DNA of 64,000 bases from an uncultured Nitrososphaerales archaeon. Its GTDB lineage: Archaea > Thermoproteota > Nitrososphaeria > Nitrososphaerales > Nitrososphaeraceae. This document shows positions 1 to 11,574 of the stretch, piece after piece (the stretch's first letter is position 1; the number at the start of each line of letters is the position of its first letter). The stretch is from NCBI GenBank assembly GCA_963713605.1, contig CAVQMO010000001.1, positions 448,001 through 512,000 on the forward strand. Direction: 5' to 3'. Made by a program: the position numbers and the translations under genes. A model generated the notes under the pieces. That model did no database searches, had not been told where the DNA came from, and worked only from the letters and a program-made list of their open reading frames with translations.

Positions 1-1
1 G

Positions 2-1723
2 GATAAGGTTAGAGGAACGGCAGTTCAAGCCAGAGAAGCGGGGGGGATTACTCAACATATCGGGGCAAGTTTTTTCCCCATTGATACAATTAAAAAAGTA
101 ACAGGGGACTTATTTAACAAGATTTCAACTACTGATTCACAGATTCCGGGAATATTGGTGATAGATACTCCTGGTCACGAAGTCTTTGCTACTCTGAGAG
201 TACGAGGAGGTTCAGCTGCTGACATTGCAATAATTGTGGTAGACGCAAATAAGGGATTCGAGGCCCAGACAGAGGAAAGCATCGACATTTTAAAAAGAAG
301 AAAGGTTCCATTTGTTATTGCGCTGAATAAGGTGGATACCGTTAGTGGATGGCGCAAAGATCTGGGGGGAGATTCGATAAGTAAGGCGGTGAATATGCAG
401 GATAAATCAGTTCAAACTGCGCTGGATGAAATGATTTACAACGTCGTCGGCTCTCTTTCTGTATCCGGATACAATTCAGAAGCGTTCTGGCGAGTCAAGA
501 ACTTTACAAAAGAAGTAGCAATAGTGCCTGTCAGTGCAAGAACTGGAGTTGGTATACCCGAATTACTTGCTGTCCTTATAGGATTAACCCAACAATACTT
601 GAGCAGAAAATTGGAACGACATGAAGAGGAGGGAAGAGGGATCGTTTTGGAAATAAACGAAGAGGTAGGCTTGGGACCGGCGGCCAACGTAATATTGTTT
701 GATGGAACCCTTCGCCAGGGTTGTAATGTTATAGTTGCTAAAAGAAATAACGCAGTAGTAGCCCGTGTGAAGGCCATTCTTCTTCCCAAGCCACTTGACG
801 AAATGAGAGACCCCAGGGACAAGTTTAGACACGTTTCGGAGGTAGTTTCGGCCGCCGGAGTAAAAATCACTTCGCCAGACCTCACCGGTGTTATGGCCGG
901 AAGTCCCCTCTTCGTTCTAAATCAGAAGGAAGACGAAGCGCGATTTCGGGCAATTGTCGAGGCTGAGATTAAGAACACGTTTGTGAATAAGGATATCAAT
1001 GGGGTCACTATGAAATGTGACACTATAGGTTCCATAGAGGCCATCAGTGACCTCCTTGTAAAGCAAAAGGTTCCCATAAGAATTGCGGACATAGGACATG
1101 TCACCAAGAGGGACGTGATCGAGGCGTCAGCTGTAAAGGAGAAGGACAGATATTTGGGCGTGATTTTGGCGTTTAATGTCAAAGTCCTTGATGATGCCAG
1201 AAGGGAGGCCCTGGAACGTCAAGTCATGATTTTTGATGAAAATATTATCTATAATCTTGTGAGAAGCTATTTTGATTGGACAGCTTACCAAAAAGATCAT
1301 CGAGACGTAATCATATTCAATGAAATTCCACCAGTTTGCAAACTTCAATTCTTAAAAAACTTTGTATTTAGACGTAACGACCCTGCAGTATTCGGAACAG
1401 AGATACTCGTGGGAAAATTACGACAAAAAATTCCTGTGATCAATGAAGAAGGCAAAAAAATAGGTGTTATTCACCAAATACAGCAAAGCGGTAAGACTAT
1501 CGAGGAAGCTACCAAGGGGATGCAGGTAGCGCTCTCCATCCGAGGCCCAACCATTGGGCGGCAGATTAATGAAGGAGACATCTTCTACACTGATTTGAAT
1601 AGCAAACAGGCAAAGTTACTGAATGAACGATTCATGCCGAGGCTTACTGAAGAAGAGAGGGAGGTTCTGAATCAGATAATAAGTTTGAAAAGGAAAGGTG
1701 ACGAGCTTTTTGGTTACATTTGA
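2..1723 (+). CDS. infB: Translation initiation factor IF-2 (aIF5B), 5'-truncated by window edge
   Basis: Frame open from position 2 (REAGGITQHIGA); G-protein motifs DTPGHE and NKVD; C-terminal FRRNDPAVFG. Confidence 0.97.
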   Translation, partial: DKVRGTAVQAREAGGITQHIGASFFPIDTIKKVTGDLFNKISTTDSQIPGILVIDTPGHEVFATLRVRGGSAADIAIIVVDANKGFEAQTEESIDILKRRKVPFVIALNKVDTVSGWRKDLGGDSISKAVNMQDKSVQTALDEMIYNVVGSLSVSGYNSEAFWRVKNFTKEVAIVPVSARTGVGIPELLAVLIGLTQQYLSRKLERHEEEGRGIVLEINEEVGLGPAANVILFDGTLRQGCNVIVAKRNNAVVARVKAILLPKPLDEMRDPRDKFRHVSEVVSAAGVKITSPDLTGVMAGSPLFVLNQKEDEARFRAIVEAEIKNTFVNKDINGVTMKCDTIGSIEAISDLLVKQKVPIRIADIGHVTKRDVIEASAVKEKDRYLGVILAFNVKVLDDARREALERQVMIFDENIIYNLVRSYFDWTAYQKDHRDVIIFNEIPPVCKLQFLKNFVFRRNDPAVFGTEILVGKLRQKIPVINEEGKKIGVIHQIQQSGKTIEEATKGMQVALSIRGPTIGRQINEGDIFYTDLNSKQAKLLNERFMPRLTEEEREVLNQIISLKRKGDELFGYI

Positions 1724-1797
1724 CGCCTTCTTGGGAAAGACTTTACCAATTTATTGCTCTTAGTTAGGATAAGAAATTTATGCGTAATCTAAAAATA

Positions 1798-2160
1798 TCA
1801 CTGATACTTTTGTAGCAAACCTTCTAGGCCCTTTTCTCCTACCGCACCAACAGCTCTATCGATAGCTTTGCCGTTCATAAATATAATGAAGGTTGGTATA
1901 GCGTACACGTCATACCTCATGGCTACTCCCTGATTATCGTCCACGTTCAGCCTACCGAATGTGACTTTCTGACCATATTTTTTAGATAGTCTGTCGAATA
2001 TAGGCAGCATAAACTGACAGGGCCCGCACCAGGTTGCCCAAAAATCGACCAATACAGGTTTATTGCCAGATATAGTCTCCTCGAAGTTCTTATCGTTAAG
2101 TTCCACCAATGCTGGCTTATTTACTTCACTCATAATAATACATTCAATAAAAGTTGTCAT
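1798..2160 (-). CDS. trxA: Thioredoxin
   Basis: VDFWATWCGPC active site; AIPT cis-Pro motif. Confidence 0.95.
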   Translation of the reverse strand: MTTFIECIIMSEVNKPALVELNDKNFEETISGNKPVLVDFWATWCGPCQFMLPIFDRLSKKYGQKVTFGRLNVDDNQGVAMRYDVYAIPTFIIFMNGKAIDRAVGAVGEKGLEGLLQKYQ

Positions 2161-2250
2161 GCATATTTAAGACTTATCCGATTGATTCACTACTGTGTTC
2201 TGAAAATCCAAGGTTAATGAAATCATCAAGTATGACGAAGCAAAGTATTT

Positions 2251-2701
2251 TTACAAGTCAACCAAAAATGTTGCAATATATCTAGTGCCTATACGTTTTA
2301 TTTTCAACTCGTGATAGGTGATTGCTTTGATCTCTAACTTGTAGTTATGCATATCATAGCTGACTTTTTCTCCTCCTGAACGTGCATTAAGAAAGTAACT
2401 TTTTTATTCCTGCGTCTTTTGTGCCTTTTTCACAAATTTTAATGGAAAATCTCGACAGCACGATCTGTTGGATAAGGATCTTTAACAAGACCTTTTCCAA
2501 CCAGTCGTAGAGGAGGTGTTCAAGATCTTCGCCATCAGCTGTGATCGTCACAAATTGACAACTTTCCACCTTGTCAATATCAAACATGATGTTGACCAAT
2601 CCCTTCGCACAATTCTCGAACAATTCTTCCAAACTGCTTCCTTGGGCTTGAACAAAAGCGTCTGTGCTGTGCTCCAAATATTTATACCCTTCAGAGTCCA
2701 A
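2251..2701 (-). CDS. Archease (frameshift near 2390)
   Basis: YKYLEHSTDA N-terminus; C-terminal EIKAITYHEL...FLVDL* in a shifted frame ending at 2251. Confidence 0.9.
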
Positions 2702-2779
2702 TTTGGTTAGTTGTCAAAGATAATTGAATAATAATAATAATGTGTCGAACAAAGAGTAAAATCTAAATGGTCACGAAGG

Positions 2780-4075
2780 TTGGTCTGTGTTGTGAGATTA
2801 AACCTTCCGCGTGGGATGAGAGATGTAGACGCTGGCGAATTGTCCAATATCGACTATGTCAGAAATCAATTTATGCGAACTGCTGGTCTGTTTGATTTCA
2901 AAATACTTCAGCCTTCCCCTTTGGAAATGCTTTCTACTCTTGAAGCTAAAGGGGGTCCTACAATTTCTAAAGAAATCTATAATTTTAAAGACAAAGGTGG
3001 CAGAGAAGTTGCTCTGAGGTTCGATCTCACTGTCGGACTAACCCGGTATGTATCTCAGAGAAGAGAAATGAAACTACCCATTAAAGCAGCCGCATTTGGG
3101 GGAGTATGGAGGTATGATGAACCTCAGGCAGGAAGATACAGATATTTTCATCAGTGGGATGTAGAGATATATGACACATACAACATAGAGCATGAGGCTG
3201 AAATAATCCAATTTGCAGCTTCCTTTTTTGAAGATTTGGGACTAAAGGTTACAATTGATATTAGTAATAGGGAACTGCTCGAACAGTACATGAAGCAAGA
3301 ACTTGGTATATTGGATCCAGAGTTAGCATTTGAGGTCTTTAGGGCAATGGACAAGGTTCAGAAAAAGGGAGTAGGAGCCGTTTATAATGAATATGCGAAT
3401 AAAATCAGCCCCGCATTGCTCAAGCCCTTGTTAGAACTGTCTTCTCAAATTGGGACAATAAATGAAATTGAAGATCAAGCTACGAAATTAAGTAAATTAC
3501 CCAAATGGCAATCCCTCCGTGAATTGGAAAGCTCACTGTCGGCGAGAGGAGTGAGTAACGTAAGAATTAACCTAGGCATAGTCCGAGGGCTTGACTATTA
3601 TTCCGGGACTGTTTTCGAGATATTTGATCCCACGTCCACAGTGGGCGCATTGGCCGGTGGTGGTCGGTTTGATATATTGACATCTGCGTTTGATCGAAGT
3701 GATATAGGTGCCATTGGGATAGCTGGAGGGGTCGAACGTCTTTTGAATGTGTTATGCCATCATGGCTTGTTGAAGGCCAAATCCAAGCCATTAGTCTTCG
3801 TAGCATCAGAGGACGGCGATAAGAAATTCGTGTTGAAATTGGTTTCAGAATTGAGGGGCGCAGGGATACCTGCGGACTACGACAGTCGAGCCCGATCTTT
3901 CAGAAAGCAAATGGATTATGGATCCTCTATAGGTGCTACCATTCTGGTGAGAGCAACGCAGAAGGAAAGCGAAAACAATATAACGGTAAAAAATATGGTC
4001 AGCGGTCAAGAAGTAAACGGAAAAGTAGTTCAACTTCTTGAACTTGTTTCGGAGATCATTCGATCAAGTAACTGA
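2780..4075 (+). CDS. hisS: Histidine--tRNA ligase
   Basis: LPRGMRD, ALRFDLTVGL, WRYDEPQAGRYRYFHQ, VRGLDYYSG. Confidence 0.97.
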   Translation: MVCVVRLNLPRGMRDVDAGELSNIDYVRNQFMRTAGLFDFKILQPSPLEMLSTLEAKGGPTISKEIYNFKDKGGREVALRFDLTVGLTRYVSQRREMKLPIKAAAFGGVWRYDEPQAGRYRYFHQWDVEIYDTYNIEHEAEIIQFAASFFEDLGLKVTIDISNRELLEQYMKQELGILDPELAFEVFRAMDKVQKKGVGAVYNEYANKISPALLKPLLELSSQIGTINEIEDQATKLSKLPKWQSLRELESSLSARGVSNVRINLGIVRGLDYYSGTVFEIFDPTSTVGALAGGGRFDILTSAFDRSDIGAIGIAGGVERLLNVLCHHGLLKAKSKPLVFVASEDGDKKFVLKLVSELRGAGIPADYDSRARSFRKQMDYGSSIGATILVRATQKESENNITVKNMVSGQEVNGKVVQLLELVSEIIRSSN

Positions 4076-4079
4076 TTTG

Positions 4080-4340
4080 CTATTGTACCTCTATCATGCC
4101 GGTATTTCTCATTTTTATCATTCCTGAACTTTTCTTTTCGTAGACGTTCCGGATAACTAAATGGGGAGGCTCGTAACTTATATACAAATCATTGACTTCG
4201 AGCTCCTGGACATTATAATTGACCTGTATGTGCTCTTCCTTGATTCCACTTTCCATTAATAGTTTCTTGGCCCGATTAATGATCTGTTCATCTGAAGTGT
4301 TTGGGGCAAAGAAGACCTTTCCTGAATAAAAAATGCGCAT
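4080..4340 (-). CDS. Hypothetical protein
   Basis: 86-aa ORF filling the gap, convergent with hisS. Confidence 0.6.
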   Translation of the reverse strand: MRIFYSGKVFFAPNTSDEQIINRAKKLLMESGIKEEHIQVNYNVQELEVNDLYISYEPPHLVIRNVYEKKSSGMIKMRNTGMIEVQ

Positions 4341-4497
4341 CAGGATGATCTAAAAATTCAACAAGTAAATAAACTTCTGTTCAGGCAAGTGGATTGGCAA
4401 TCTCAAAACCAAATTAATAAAGATTTTCAATGACATTGACAAAGGTATTTATGAGAATTGCAGTTCACGATATCTTTACTAGAGGGTGTTTTCATGA

Positions 4498-6214
4498 TTG
4501 ACTGAGGTTCTCTCCTATGATGTTTTAGTAATGGGCTCTGGCCTAGCGGGACTTCGAGCCGCTATTTCTGCTGCGTTAGTGGACAAGAATTTGAGTATTG
4601 CCGTTATTTCTAAAGTTCAGGTAATGCGCTCTCACTCCGTTTCTGCAGAAGGGGGGACTGCAGCAGTCCTATTTGAAGAAGAAGGGGACAATAGAGAATC
4701 CCATATTTATGATACAATTAGAGGTAGTGATTTTCTCGCTGACCAAGATGTCGCAGAACGGCTAGTCCATTCTGTACCATATGAAATATATCAGCTAGAT
4801 CATTGGGGAATGCCATGGTCTAGAAGATCGGATGGACGGATCGATCAGCGGAAATTCGGGGGGTACTCATTCCCTCGTGCAACATATGCTCAAGATAAAG
4901 TAGGATTTTACGAGATGCAAACCTTGTATGATACGTGCTTGAAACATGAGAACATCCATTTTCTAAATGAATGGTTCTGCACATCGATCCTATCCGATGG
5001 ATCTCAGCTTTCGGGGATTCACAGCTATCGAGTTGAAGACTGGCCAATTTATAATCATAAAGTCTTTAGCTGGAATCATTTGTACGGGAGGTGCGGGTCG
5101 AATCTATGGCTTTTCTACTTATGCTCATTCTTCAACACCAGATGGCTTGGATATGGCATACAGAAAAGGATTAGCACTCAAAGATATGGAATTTGTGCAA
5201 TTTCATCCAAGTGGGATTCTGCCATCTGGAATCTTGATTACCGAGGGTGCTAGAGGAGAAGGCGGATACCTTGTAAATAATCAAGGAGAGCGATTTATGA
5301 AACGATACGCCCCAGAGAAACTTGAACTTGCGCCCCGAGATGTTGTGTCTCGGGCTATGATTCGTGAGATACAAGAAGGAAGGGGCTTCAAACACGAGAC
5401 TGGAATAGATTGTCTTAAGCTCAATCTATCACATCTCGGAGCTGAACGCATTAAAGAAAAATTAGCAGGAATTAGGGAAATTGGGATAAAGTTTTCTGGG
5501 ATTGATGTTATCGATGAACCAATCGAGGTTAGACCTGTTTGCCATTATATGATGGGAGGAATACATACAAATATTGAAGGTGAAACAGAAATGAGTGGCC
5601 TTTGGTGTGCTGGGGAAGCCGCTTGCAATAGTACCCATGGCGCAAATAGGCTGGGAGCAAACTCTACATCCGAATGTCTCGTATGGGGAAATATTACAGG
5701 GAAGCATGCTGCTGAGTATGCGCAAAGGGCCAAGGATAGAAAAGTGACAGTGCTGGAACAACAAGTAATAGAAGAGGAAAAGAGGATCTATGATGGCATA
5801 TTCCACGGAAGAGGCGATATGAATCCTTATGAAATCAAGAAAAGAACTGCAGATTTAATGGATTCTAAGGCATATGTATTTCGGGATGGAAATACGTTAG
5901 CCGAAGCATTAAAAGAAGTAAAGGAATTGAAACGGGCATCTTGGAGGCATGTGGACGACAAAGCCAACGAATACAACACTAATTACATCAATGTCATGGA
6001 AATCGATTCAATAGCACGAATCTCTGAAATTGTCTTGGTAGGAGCACTAACTCGCCAAGAATCAAGAGGAGCTCACGCAAGAATTGATTATCCAAGTCGA
6101 GACGACGTAAATTATCTGAAACATACGCTTGCATACTGCGCTCATGAAGGACCAGAATTACGTTGGCATCCGGTGAAAATTACTAGGTATGCACCAGTTG
6201 AGAGGAAGTATTAA
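4498..6214 (+). CDS. sdhA: Succinate dehydrogenase flavoprotein subunit (frameshift near 5000)
   Basis: GSGLAG FAD motif, RSHSVSAEGG, QFHPSG, HYMMGG, HGANRLGANS; two overlapping ORFs. Confidence 0.96.
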
Positions 6215-6684
6215 TGAAATCATCCAATGAAGATAGGACCTATACGGACAGTAATAGACGTAATAACCGTGAAGGTCTCAAGGCCTGGCTCAATCCTTCA
6301 AGATATGGTTGGGAGAGAATTTCATATTGGCTTCAGCGTCTAACAGGGGTATTCCTTCTAGTATATTTTGTCGGACATGTAATTGAAACCAGCTCTCTAG
6401 TCGATGGCAAAGATGCGTGGAACGCCATGTTGGAGTTAACCCAGACTACATGGGGGCACCTCTTCCTGATTTTGGTAATTGGAACAAGTACTTTCCACTC
6501 CGCTAATGGAATCCGATTGTTATTTACCGAAACAGGTAGAGGACTTGGTAAACCGGGTAGGCCTGACTATCCTTACTCCCCGGTTTCGCTGAATTATCGC
6601 CAGAAATCAGGAATCTGGATAGCCTTGATTTTGGCTGCTACTGCGATGTTATACGGGGCAAGTATCCTATTTGCTGGAGACTAA
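6214..6684 (+). CDS. sdhC: Succinate dehydrogenase cytochrome b556 subunit
   Basis: QRLTG, FHSANGIR heme His; three TM helices; operon position. Confidence 0.9.
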   Translation: MKSSNEDRTYTDSNRRNNREGLKAWLNPSRYGWERISYWLQRLTGVFLLVYFVGHVIETSSLVDGKDAWNAMLELTQTTWGHLFLILVIGTSTFHSANGIRLLFTETGRGLGKPGRPDYPYSPVSLNYRQKSGIWIALILAATAMLYGASILFAGD

Positions 6685-6722
6685 TTCATATATTGGAGAC
6701 TAGGAGGTTATTGTAAAGCACA

Positions 6723-7070
6723 TTGATCTTGAAAGAAAGTCAGATAATGAAGATACATTACATCTCGGGAATTGGTGCCCTCTTTGTTGTGGCTGTGCAC
6801 ATCATTATGAGACTAATTATGCCTTTTTCTATGAGTCTGGAGTACGAGAATGTCATTGCGAATTATCAGAATATTGCATACGCAGTGCTTTTAGAATCCA
6901 TTCTTGTTCTAATTGCCATTCATGGATTCAACGGGTTGAGAATCATTTTGCTAGAATTTAGACAGAATATCGCTTGGGAAAACGGAGTGACTGTTTTCAC
7001 GCTAGTTGCAATGATTGCACTTATTGCATACGGTACGAGAACAATAATAACCGCTAATGGGCTGGGTTAA
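6723..7070 (+). CDS. sdhD: Succinate dehydrogenase membrane anchor
   Basis: HGFNGLRIILLE; three TM helices. Confidence 0.88.
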   Translation: MILKESQIMKIHYISGIGALFVVAVHIIMRLIMPFSMSLEYENVIANYQNIAYAVLLESILVLIAIHGFNGLRIILLEFRQNIAWENGVTVFTLVAMIALIAYGTRTIITANGLG

Positions 7071-7078
7071 TCGACATA

Positions 7079-7927
7079 ATGACAGCACTTGTTAACATTA
7101 AAAAGAGCCGAACGAAGCCAGAACGAGATCACAAAAAGGAAAGTAGAGTTGAGAGCAACCGGGAGGTAGTCCAGTTAAGAGTTTACAGGAAAAACCCCAA
7201 GCAAGGTAAATCATCCCAATTTGACAAGTTTGAAGTACCAGTTCAGCGTTGGACAACTGTTCTGGATGCCTTGTTGTATGCTAAAGCTTATCTGGACAAA
7301 AGCATAGCGATACGGTATTCTTGCAGGATGGCATCTTGCGGATCCTGTGGCATGAAGATAAATGGAATTCCAAGACTTGCATGTTATACCAAGGTTTCTG
7401 AAATTGATGAGAATATTATTACTTGTGAGCCTCTTCCTAATTTTCCAATAATTAGGGATCTAGTCGGCGACTTTTCAGATTTTTTTGAGCACCATCGTGC
7501 AATGGAGCCTTTTATTCACAATCAAAATGCCGATATTGTTGACAAGAATAACCTCACGGAATTTATACAATCGCCTGAGGATGTCGAGAATTATTTGCAA
7601 TTTTCATATTGTATAAAGTGTGGTTTGTGTTACTCTGCATGCCCTTCCGTTGCGTCAGATACAAAGTTTCCAGGCCCTCAGGCCTTGGCCCAAGCCTATC
7701 GCTATGGTGCCGACAACCGAGATGATGCCACCCAACCCAGATTGAACATTGTAGATAACAAACACGGAATTTGGAGGTGTCATTTTGCGGGTTCTTGTAG
7801 TGTAGTGTGCCCCAAAGGGGTTGATCCCGCCCTTGGAATTCAGTTGCTCCGAGGACATCTTGTAAGCTTCAAGAAAAATGACAAGAAATTGGCTGATTTA
7901 CGAACTAGAAACTTGGGCAAAGTATGA
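7079..7927 (+). CDS. sdhB: Succinate dehydrogenase Fe-S subunit
   Basis: SCRMASCGSC, CIKCGLCYSACP, CHFAGSCSVVCP. Confidence 0.96.
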   Translation: MTALVNIKKSRTKPERDHKKESRVESNREVVQLRVYRKNPKQGKSSQFDKFEVPVQRWTTVLDALLYAKAYLDKSIAIRYSCRMASCGSCGMKINGIPRLACYTKVSEIDENIITCEPLPNFPIIRDLVGDFSDFFEHHRAMEPFIHNQNADIVDKNNLTEFIQSPEDVENYLQFSYCIKCGLCYSACPSVASDTKFPGPQALAQAYRYGADNRDDATQPRLNIVDNKHGIWRCHFAGSCSVVCPKGVDPALGIQLLRGHLVSFKKNDKKLADLRTRNLGKV

Positions 7928-8041
7928 ATACTGAGCATATCGCATCCAAGTTATGGTGGTATATGCTTGGTAAAAGCGGTCTTTTCTTAGACACATCAAT
8001 TTAGAATATAGTGACGTGAGGGCATATCCTTCCATGCTCTT

Positions 8042-8362
8042 TTATGTTTTTGCAGGCGGGTTGCTCTCATTTACCTGTTTGTTGATCGCCTCTGCCATAA
8101 AGTGATTGCTTACGTTCACCTTAACACCTTCAATACCATTCAGCTTGTAAACGTTGTCCCTGACGTCCTGTGCTATCTTGAAACCGAAAACGGCTGGGCA
8201 AAAGGGACTCGTAAGATGTAAATCTATATCCACATTACCTTCCTTGATATCGACCTTGTCTATCAACTCCAACTCCATAATTGAAACCCCTATCTCTGGA
8301 TCTACAATCTTGGTGAGTTCGTCGAATATTTGTCTTTTTACTTGCTGAATGTCCTGATTCAT
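8042..8362 (-). CDS. DUF59/SufT-like Fe-S cluster assembly protein
   Basis: DPEIGVSIMELELI and LTSPFCP motifs; GGAG SD upstream of ATG 8362. Confidence 0.9.
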   Translation of the reverse strand: MNQDIQQVKRQIFDELTKIVDPEIGVSIMELELIDKVDIKEGNVDIDLHLTSPFCPAVFGFKIAQDVRDNVYKLNGIEGVKVNVSNHFMAEAINKQVNESNPPAKT

Positions 8363-8735
8363 CTCTCCTTTAATTTGTAACAATCGATATATAACTATTA
8401 ACGAGCCGAGTGCCTAGCACGTGAGCAAATTGTCTTTTTCACATCCTGAAAAGATTCGATCTGATCGAGCGAAATCTGTATTTGAGTAGCCTTTACAAGG
8501 ATCATTCTATTACCGATATCTCTCCATTTCTTGTAGCTGGTCTATCTAGAAGAATTCCTGTGAATGAGGTTACCATGTAAAAGATCTGCACTGTTCGAAA
8601 GCTCTACGTCTGATATTGTAGGGGCCATAATGGACAACTTATATCAGGTTTTATTTTATTCCTAATCTCCATTTAAGAGATCCGATCTATAACATATCAG
8701 CAAAATATTAAATCAGGCTACTGTTCGTTTAACCT

Positions 8736-10226
8736 ATGTATAGATCTAGGCCGGAAGGTACAATTGATCGAGAGATTTTGAATTACGTTTCTTCACTAAA
8801 GGACGACTCCGCAATTTTCTTCTATGATATAATTGGAAGTGAGGCTCATGTGATAATGCTACACGAGATTGGATATTTGTCGAGAGGAGAATTAGTTGAG
8901 CTCTTGCAAGCTTTGGAGGAGGCGAAACTTCATCCTAAACCAATCATGAAAAAAAGTGAACATGAAGATGTCCATGAATCTATAGAGTCTTTTATTGTTG
9001 AGAAAATAGGGATGGGTAAGGGCGGGATGTTACAGTCGGCTAGGTCCAGGAATGATCAGGTTATGACTGATCTTAAGATGAAAGTCCGAAATGATATCAA
9101 TGAAGTCAGTGTTCTATTAGGAGATTTGGTAGAATCCCTGCTCAAATGTGCTGATTCCAACAAAGAGACGATAATGCTGCTTTACACTCATCTACAACAT
9201 GCGCAGATTGGAACATTTTCCCATTACCTCCTTTCCTACACGGAGTCGCTCTTTCGTGACATGGAAAGATTGGAGGAATTATACAGCAGGATTAATCAGT
9301 CGCCCCTTGGATCGTTGGCCATTGGGGGATCTACTTTTTCCATAGATCGAAACCGAACAGCATCGCTATTGGGATTCGATGGATTGAGTATCAACAGCAT
9401 AGATGCAACAAGTTCTAGGGATGTAATCCTGGAATATCTCTGTTGCCTGAGCATTATTATGATTACTTTGAGCAGGATCTCTGAGGATCTTATTCTTTGG
9501 ACTACTGATGAATTCAACTACATTGAACTCGCTGATTCTGCCAGTTCAACTTCTAGTGCCATGCCACAAAAGAAAAATCCTGATCCTTTGGAGTTATTGA
9601 GGTCAAAATCAGGAGGAATAATAGGAAATCTTACTGCCTCGATGGCAATCTTGAAAGGCTTACCATCGGGATATAGTAGGGATTTACAGGAGCTGAAAAG
9701 TCTCGTCTTTTCTTCGAGTGCAACGACTGCGAGTTCGTTAAGTATGCTAAGGGTTGTCATTGAATCCTCTATAGTTCACAAAACCAGAATGTTGGAGATT
9801 GCCAAGAATAGTTTCGCTAATGCGATTGACGTAGCGGAACTTTTGACTTATAAAGAGTATCTAGACTTTAGGTCTGCGCACAAACTCGTAGGTTCTCTCG
9901 TAAAGTTGGCTATATCCAACGGCAAACGTACATTGGGAGATCTTGACGGCGGAGAAATTGAACATCTGTTGCAAGCATCAGGATATGAAATACCGATAGA
10001 AACATTAAAAGGAATAATTGTTGCATGTGGCGCAGAGAACTTGTTAGCCTTGAGAAAATCAAAAGGTTCACCAAGTCATTCAGAGCAAGTTGAAATGATT
10101 CTTCACAATAAGATGAGGCTAATCAACTTCAGAGATAAAACGGTAAAAAGAAAGAAGGGAATCGACAAAGCACTTGACGATTTATCTAGTATCGTTAGAT
10201 CATATACATTTGCCTCAGAGTCATAG
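8736..10226 (+). CDS. argH: Argininosuccinate lyase
   Basis: RSRNDQV, YTHLQHAQ, SSAMPQKKNPD, GYSRDLQE. Confidence 0.96.
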   Translation: MYRSRPEGTIDREILNYVSSLKDDSAIFFYDIIGSEAHVIMLHEIGYLSRGELVELLQALEEAKLHPKPIMKKSEHEDVHESIESFIVEKIGMGKGGMLQSARSRNDQVMTDLKMKVRNDINEVSVLLGDLVESLLKCADSNKETIMLLYTHLQHAQIGTFSHYLLSYTESLFRDMERLEELYSRINQSPLGSLAIGGSTFSIDRNRTASLLGFDGLSINSIDATSSRDVILEYLCCLSIIMITLSRISEDLILWTTDEFNYIELADSASSTSSAMPQKKNPDPLELLRSKSGGIIGNLTASMAILKGLPSGYSRDLQELKSLVFSSSATTASSLSMLRVVIESSIVHKTRMLEIAKNSFANAIDVAELLTYKEYLDFRSAHKLVGSLVKLAISNGKRTLGDLDGGEIEHLLQASGYEIPIETLKGIIVACGAENLLALRKSKGSPSHSEQVEMILHNKMRLINFRDKTVKRKKGIDKALDDLSSIVRSYTFASES

Positions 10227-10298
10227 TAAATCTTTCGGCGGTTCCTAAAGGCTAGATTCATTTAAAGATAAAATTTCATCTAAAGGATCAAAAAAGCA

Positions 10299-10393
10299 TA
10301 GCCCGGCCCAGATTCGAACTGGGGTCAAAGGCTCCAAAGGCCTCTATGCTTGGCCACTACATTCGGCGTGAACAGGATACACTCTACCGGGCT
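10299..10393 (-). tRNA. tRNA-Gln(TTG) with a 22-nt intron at position 10/11 (10362-10383)
   Basis: Acceptor stem AGCCCGG/CCGGGCT, anticodon arm GAGGC-CT-TTG-GA-GCCTT, T arm CCCAG-TTCGAAT-CTGGG; removing 22 nt gives a 73-nt cloverleaf. Confidence 0.92.
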
Positions 10394-10433
10394 TCCGGGC
10401 TCCTTCTATTGAAGGATTGTAACTTTAATAATG

Positions 10434-11502
10434 TTACTGGTGAGCTAAAATATATCGCATGACGGTCTGGATTGGGTCTTCCATCTTCTCCAAGATGAGC
10501 TTTGCATTCTGTTTTTGCCTGGAGGATCCACCAGGATCTTTGAGAGCCCTTGTAGTAAGTTTTACTAAATCAGTTGGCTTTAATGCTTTTAAAAGCAGAC
10601 CACTTTTTAATAAATACCTCTCTACGTAGAATGAAATAGGAGCTATAGAGATAGCAGGCTTTCCCATGAGACAAGCCTCGGCAGTCATGGTTCCTCCAGC
10701 TCCTATGAATAGGTCACAAGAATTTATTGCAGATGTCCCATCGATAATGTTTCCTACAACGGAAACTTTATCTTGATACCTTTCACTAACCTTTGTCACC
10801 TGATCAGAGTATCGGCAGATAACAACAATGTTCGCCAAATCGTGGATTGATCTGACTAGACTATCAAGAAAAAGGTAACCATTTTTCTTAACCAAATTCT
10901 CAGTCAAGTAAGCGGCCTTTGATTCTTCCAATCTAACTAAAATATTCTTCTTATTTCCGTTCCTATAAACCATATCTGTGGGATGTGAGCTGGGTTGGCC
11001 AACTCTCCGTTTAAGCCACGCCACAGGATCTAATGCCCTATATCTAACGATGTTCGTCTTTGGTAAACCAAACTTATTCCATGCAGAGTAAGGGATTATC
11101 CATGGACAAAATAGTAAATCTGCCAGTGGAGCCGTCAGTCTTTGATACAGCTGTAGCATGCGGAGAATCATTGAAACAATAATGTCTGATTCCTAGTCCA
11201 AAAGACACCCGAGCTCCTTCGGGTGAAGAAAATGTAACTGCCAAATCTGGCTCAAAGGCTTGTACCAATTTGGCTAATTCAAATACACGGGACGCACTTG
11301 CTCTTAACTTGTCGTATTTGCCTTCTCCTCCATGCTTACCAACTATCTTTATCTCAAGATTCTTTATTCTCGCAAGCTCAATTGCTTCCCGGTAATCTCT
11401 AGAGGTACAAAGGACATCGTGGCCACCAATTATGAGAGAGTCAACTAGTGGTTTGAAAAACATAACCTGTTTGGGCGTCAAAATATCAAGCCATACTTTC
11501 AT
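10434..11502 (-). CDS. DUF354 family protein (GT-B/lipid-A-disaccharide synthase-like), frameshifted
   Basis: MKVWLDILTPKQ, NDSPHA, GAGGTMTAEA; two overlapping ORFs. Confidence 0.85.
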
Positions 11503-11574
11503 GGAATATAGGGTAGAGTACTAATCATGAATAGAAAAGACTTTTCTTTAACTCTTACATAGCAGCGTTATCCT

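Noticed and set aside
4960..5260. Programmed frameshifting in sdhA and other split genes
   Set aside because: No common slippery motif or consistent direction, and too many unrelated essential genes are affected
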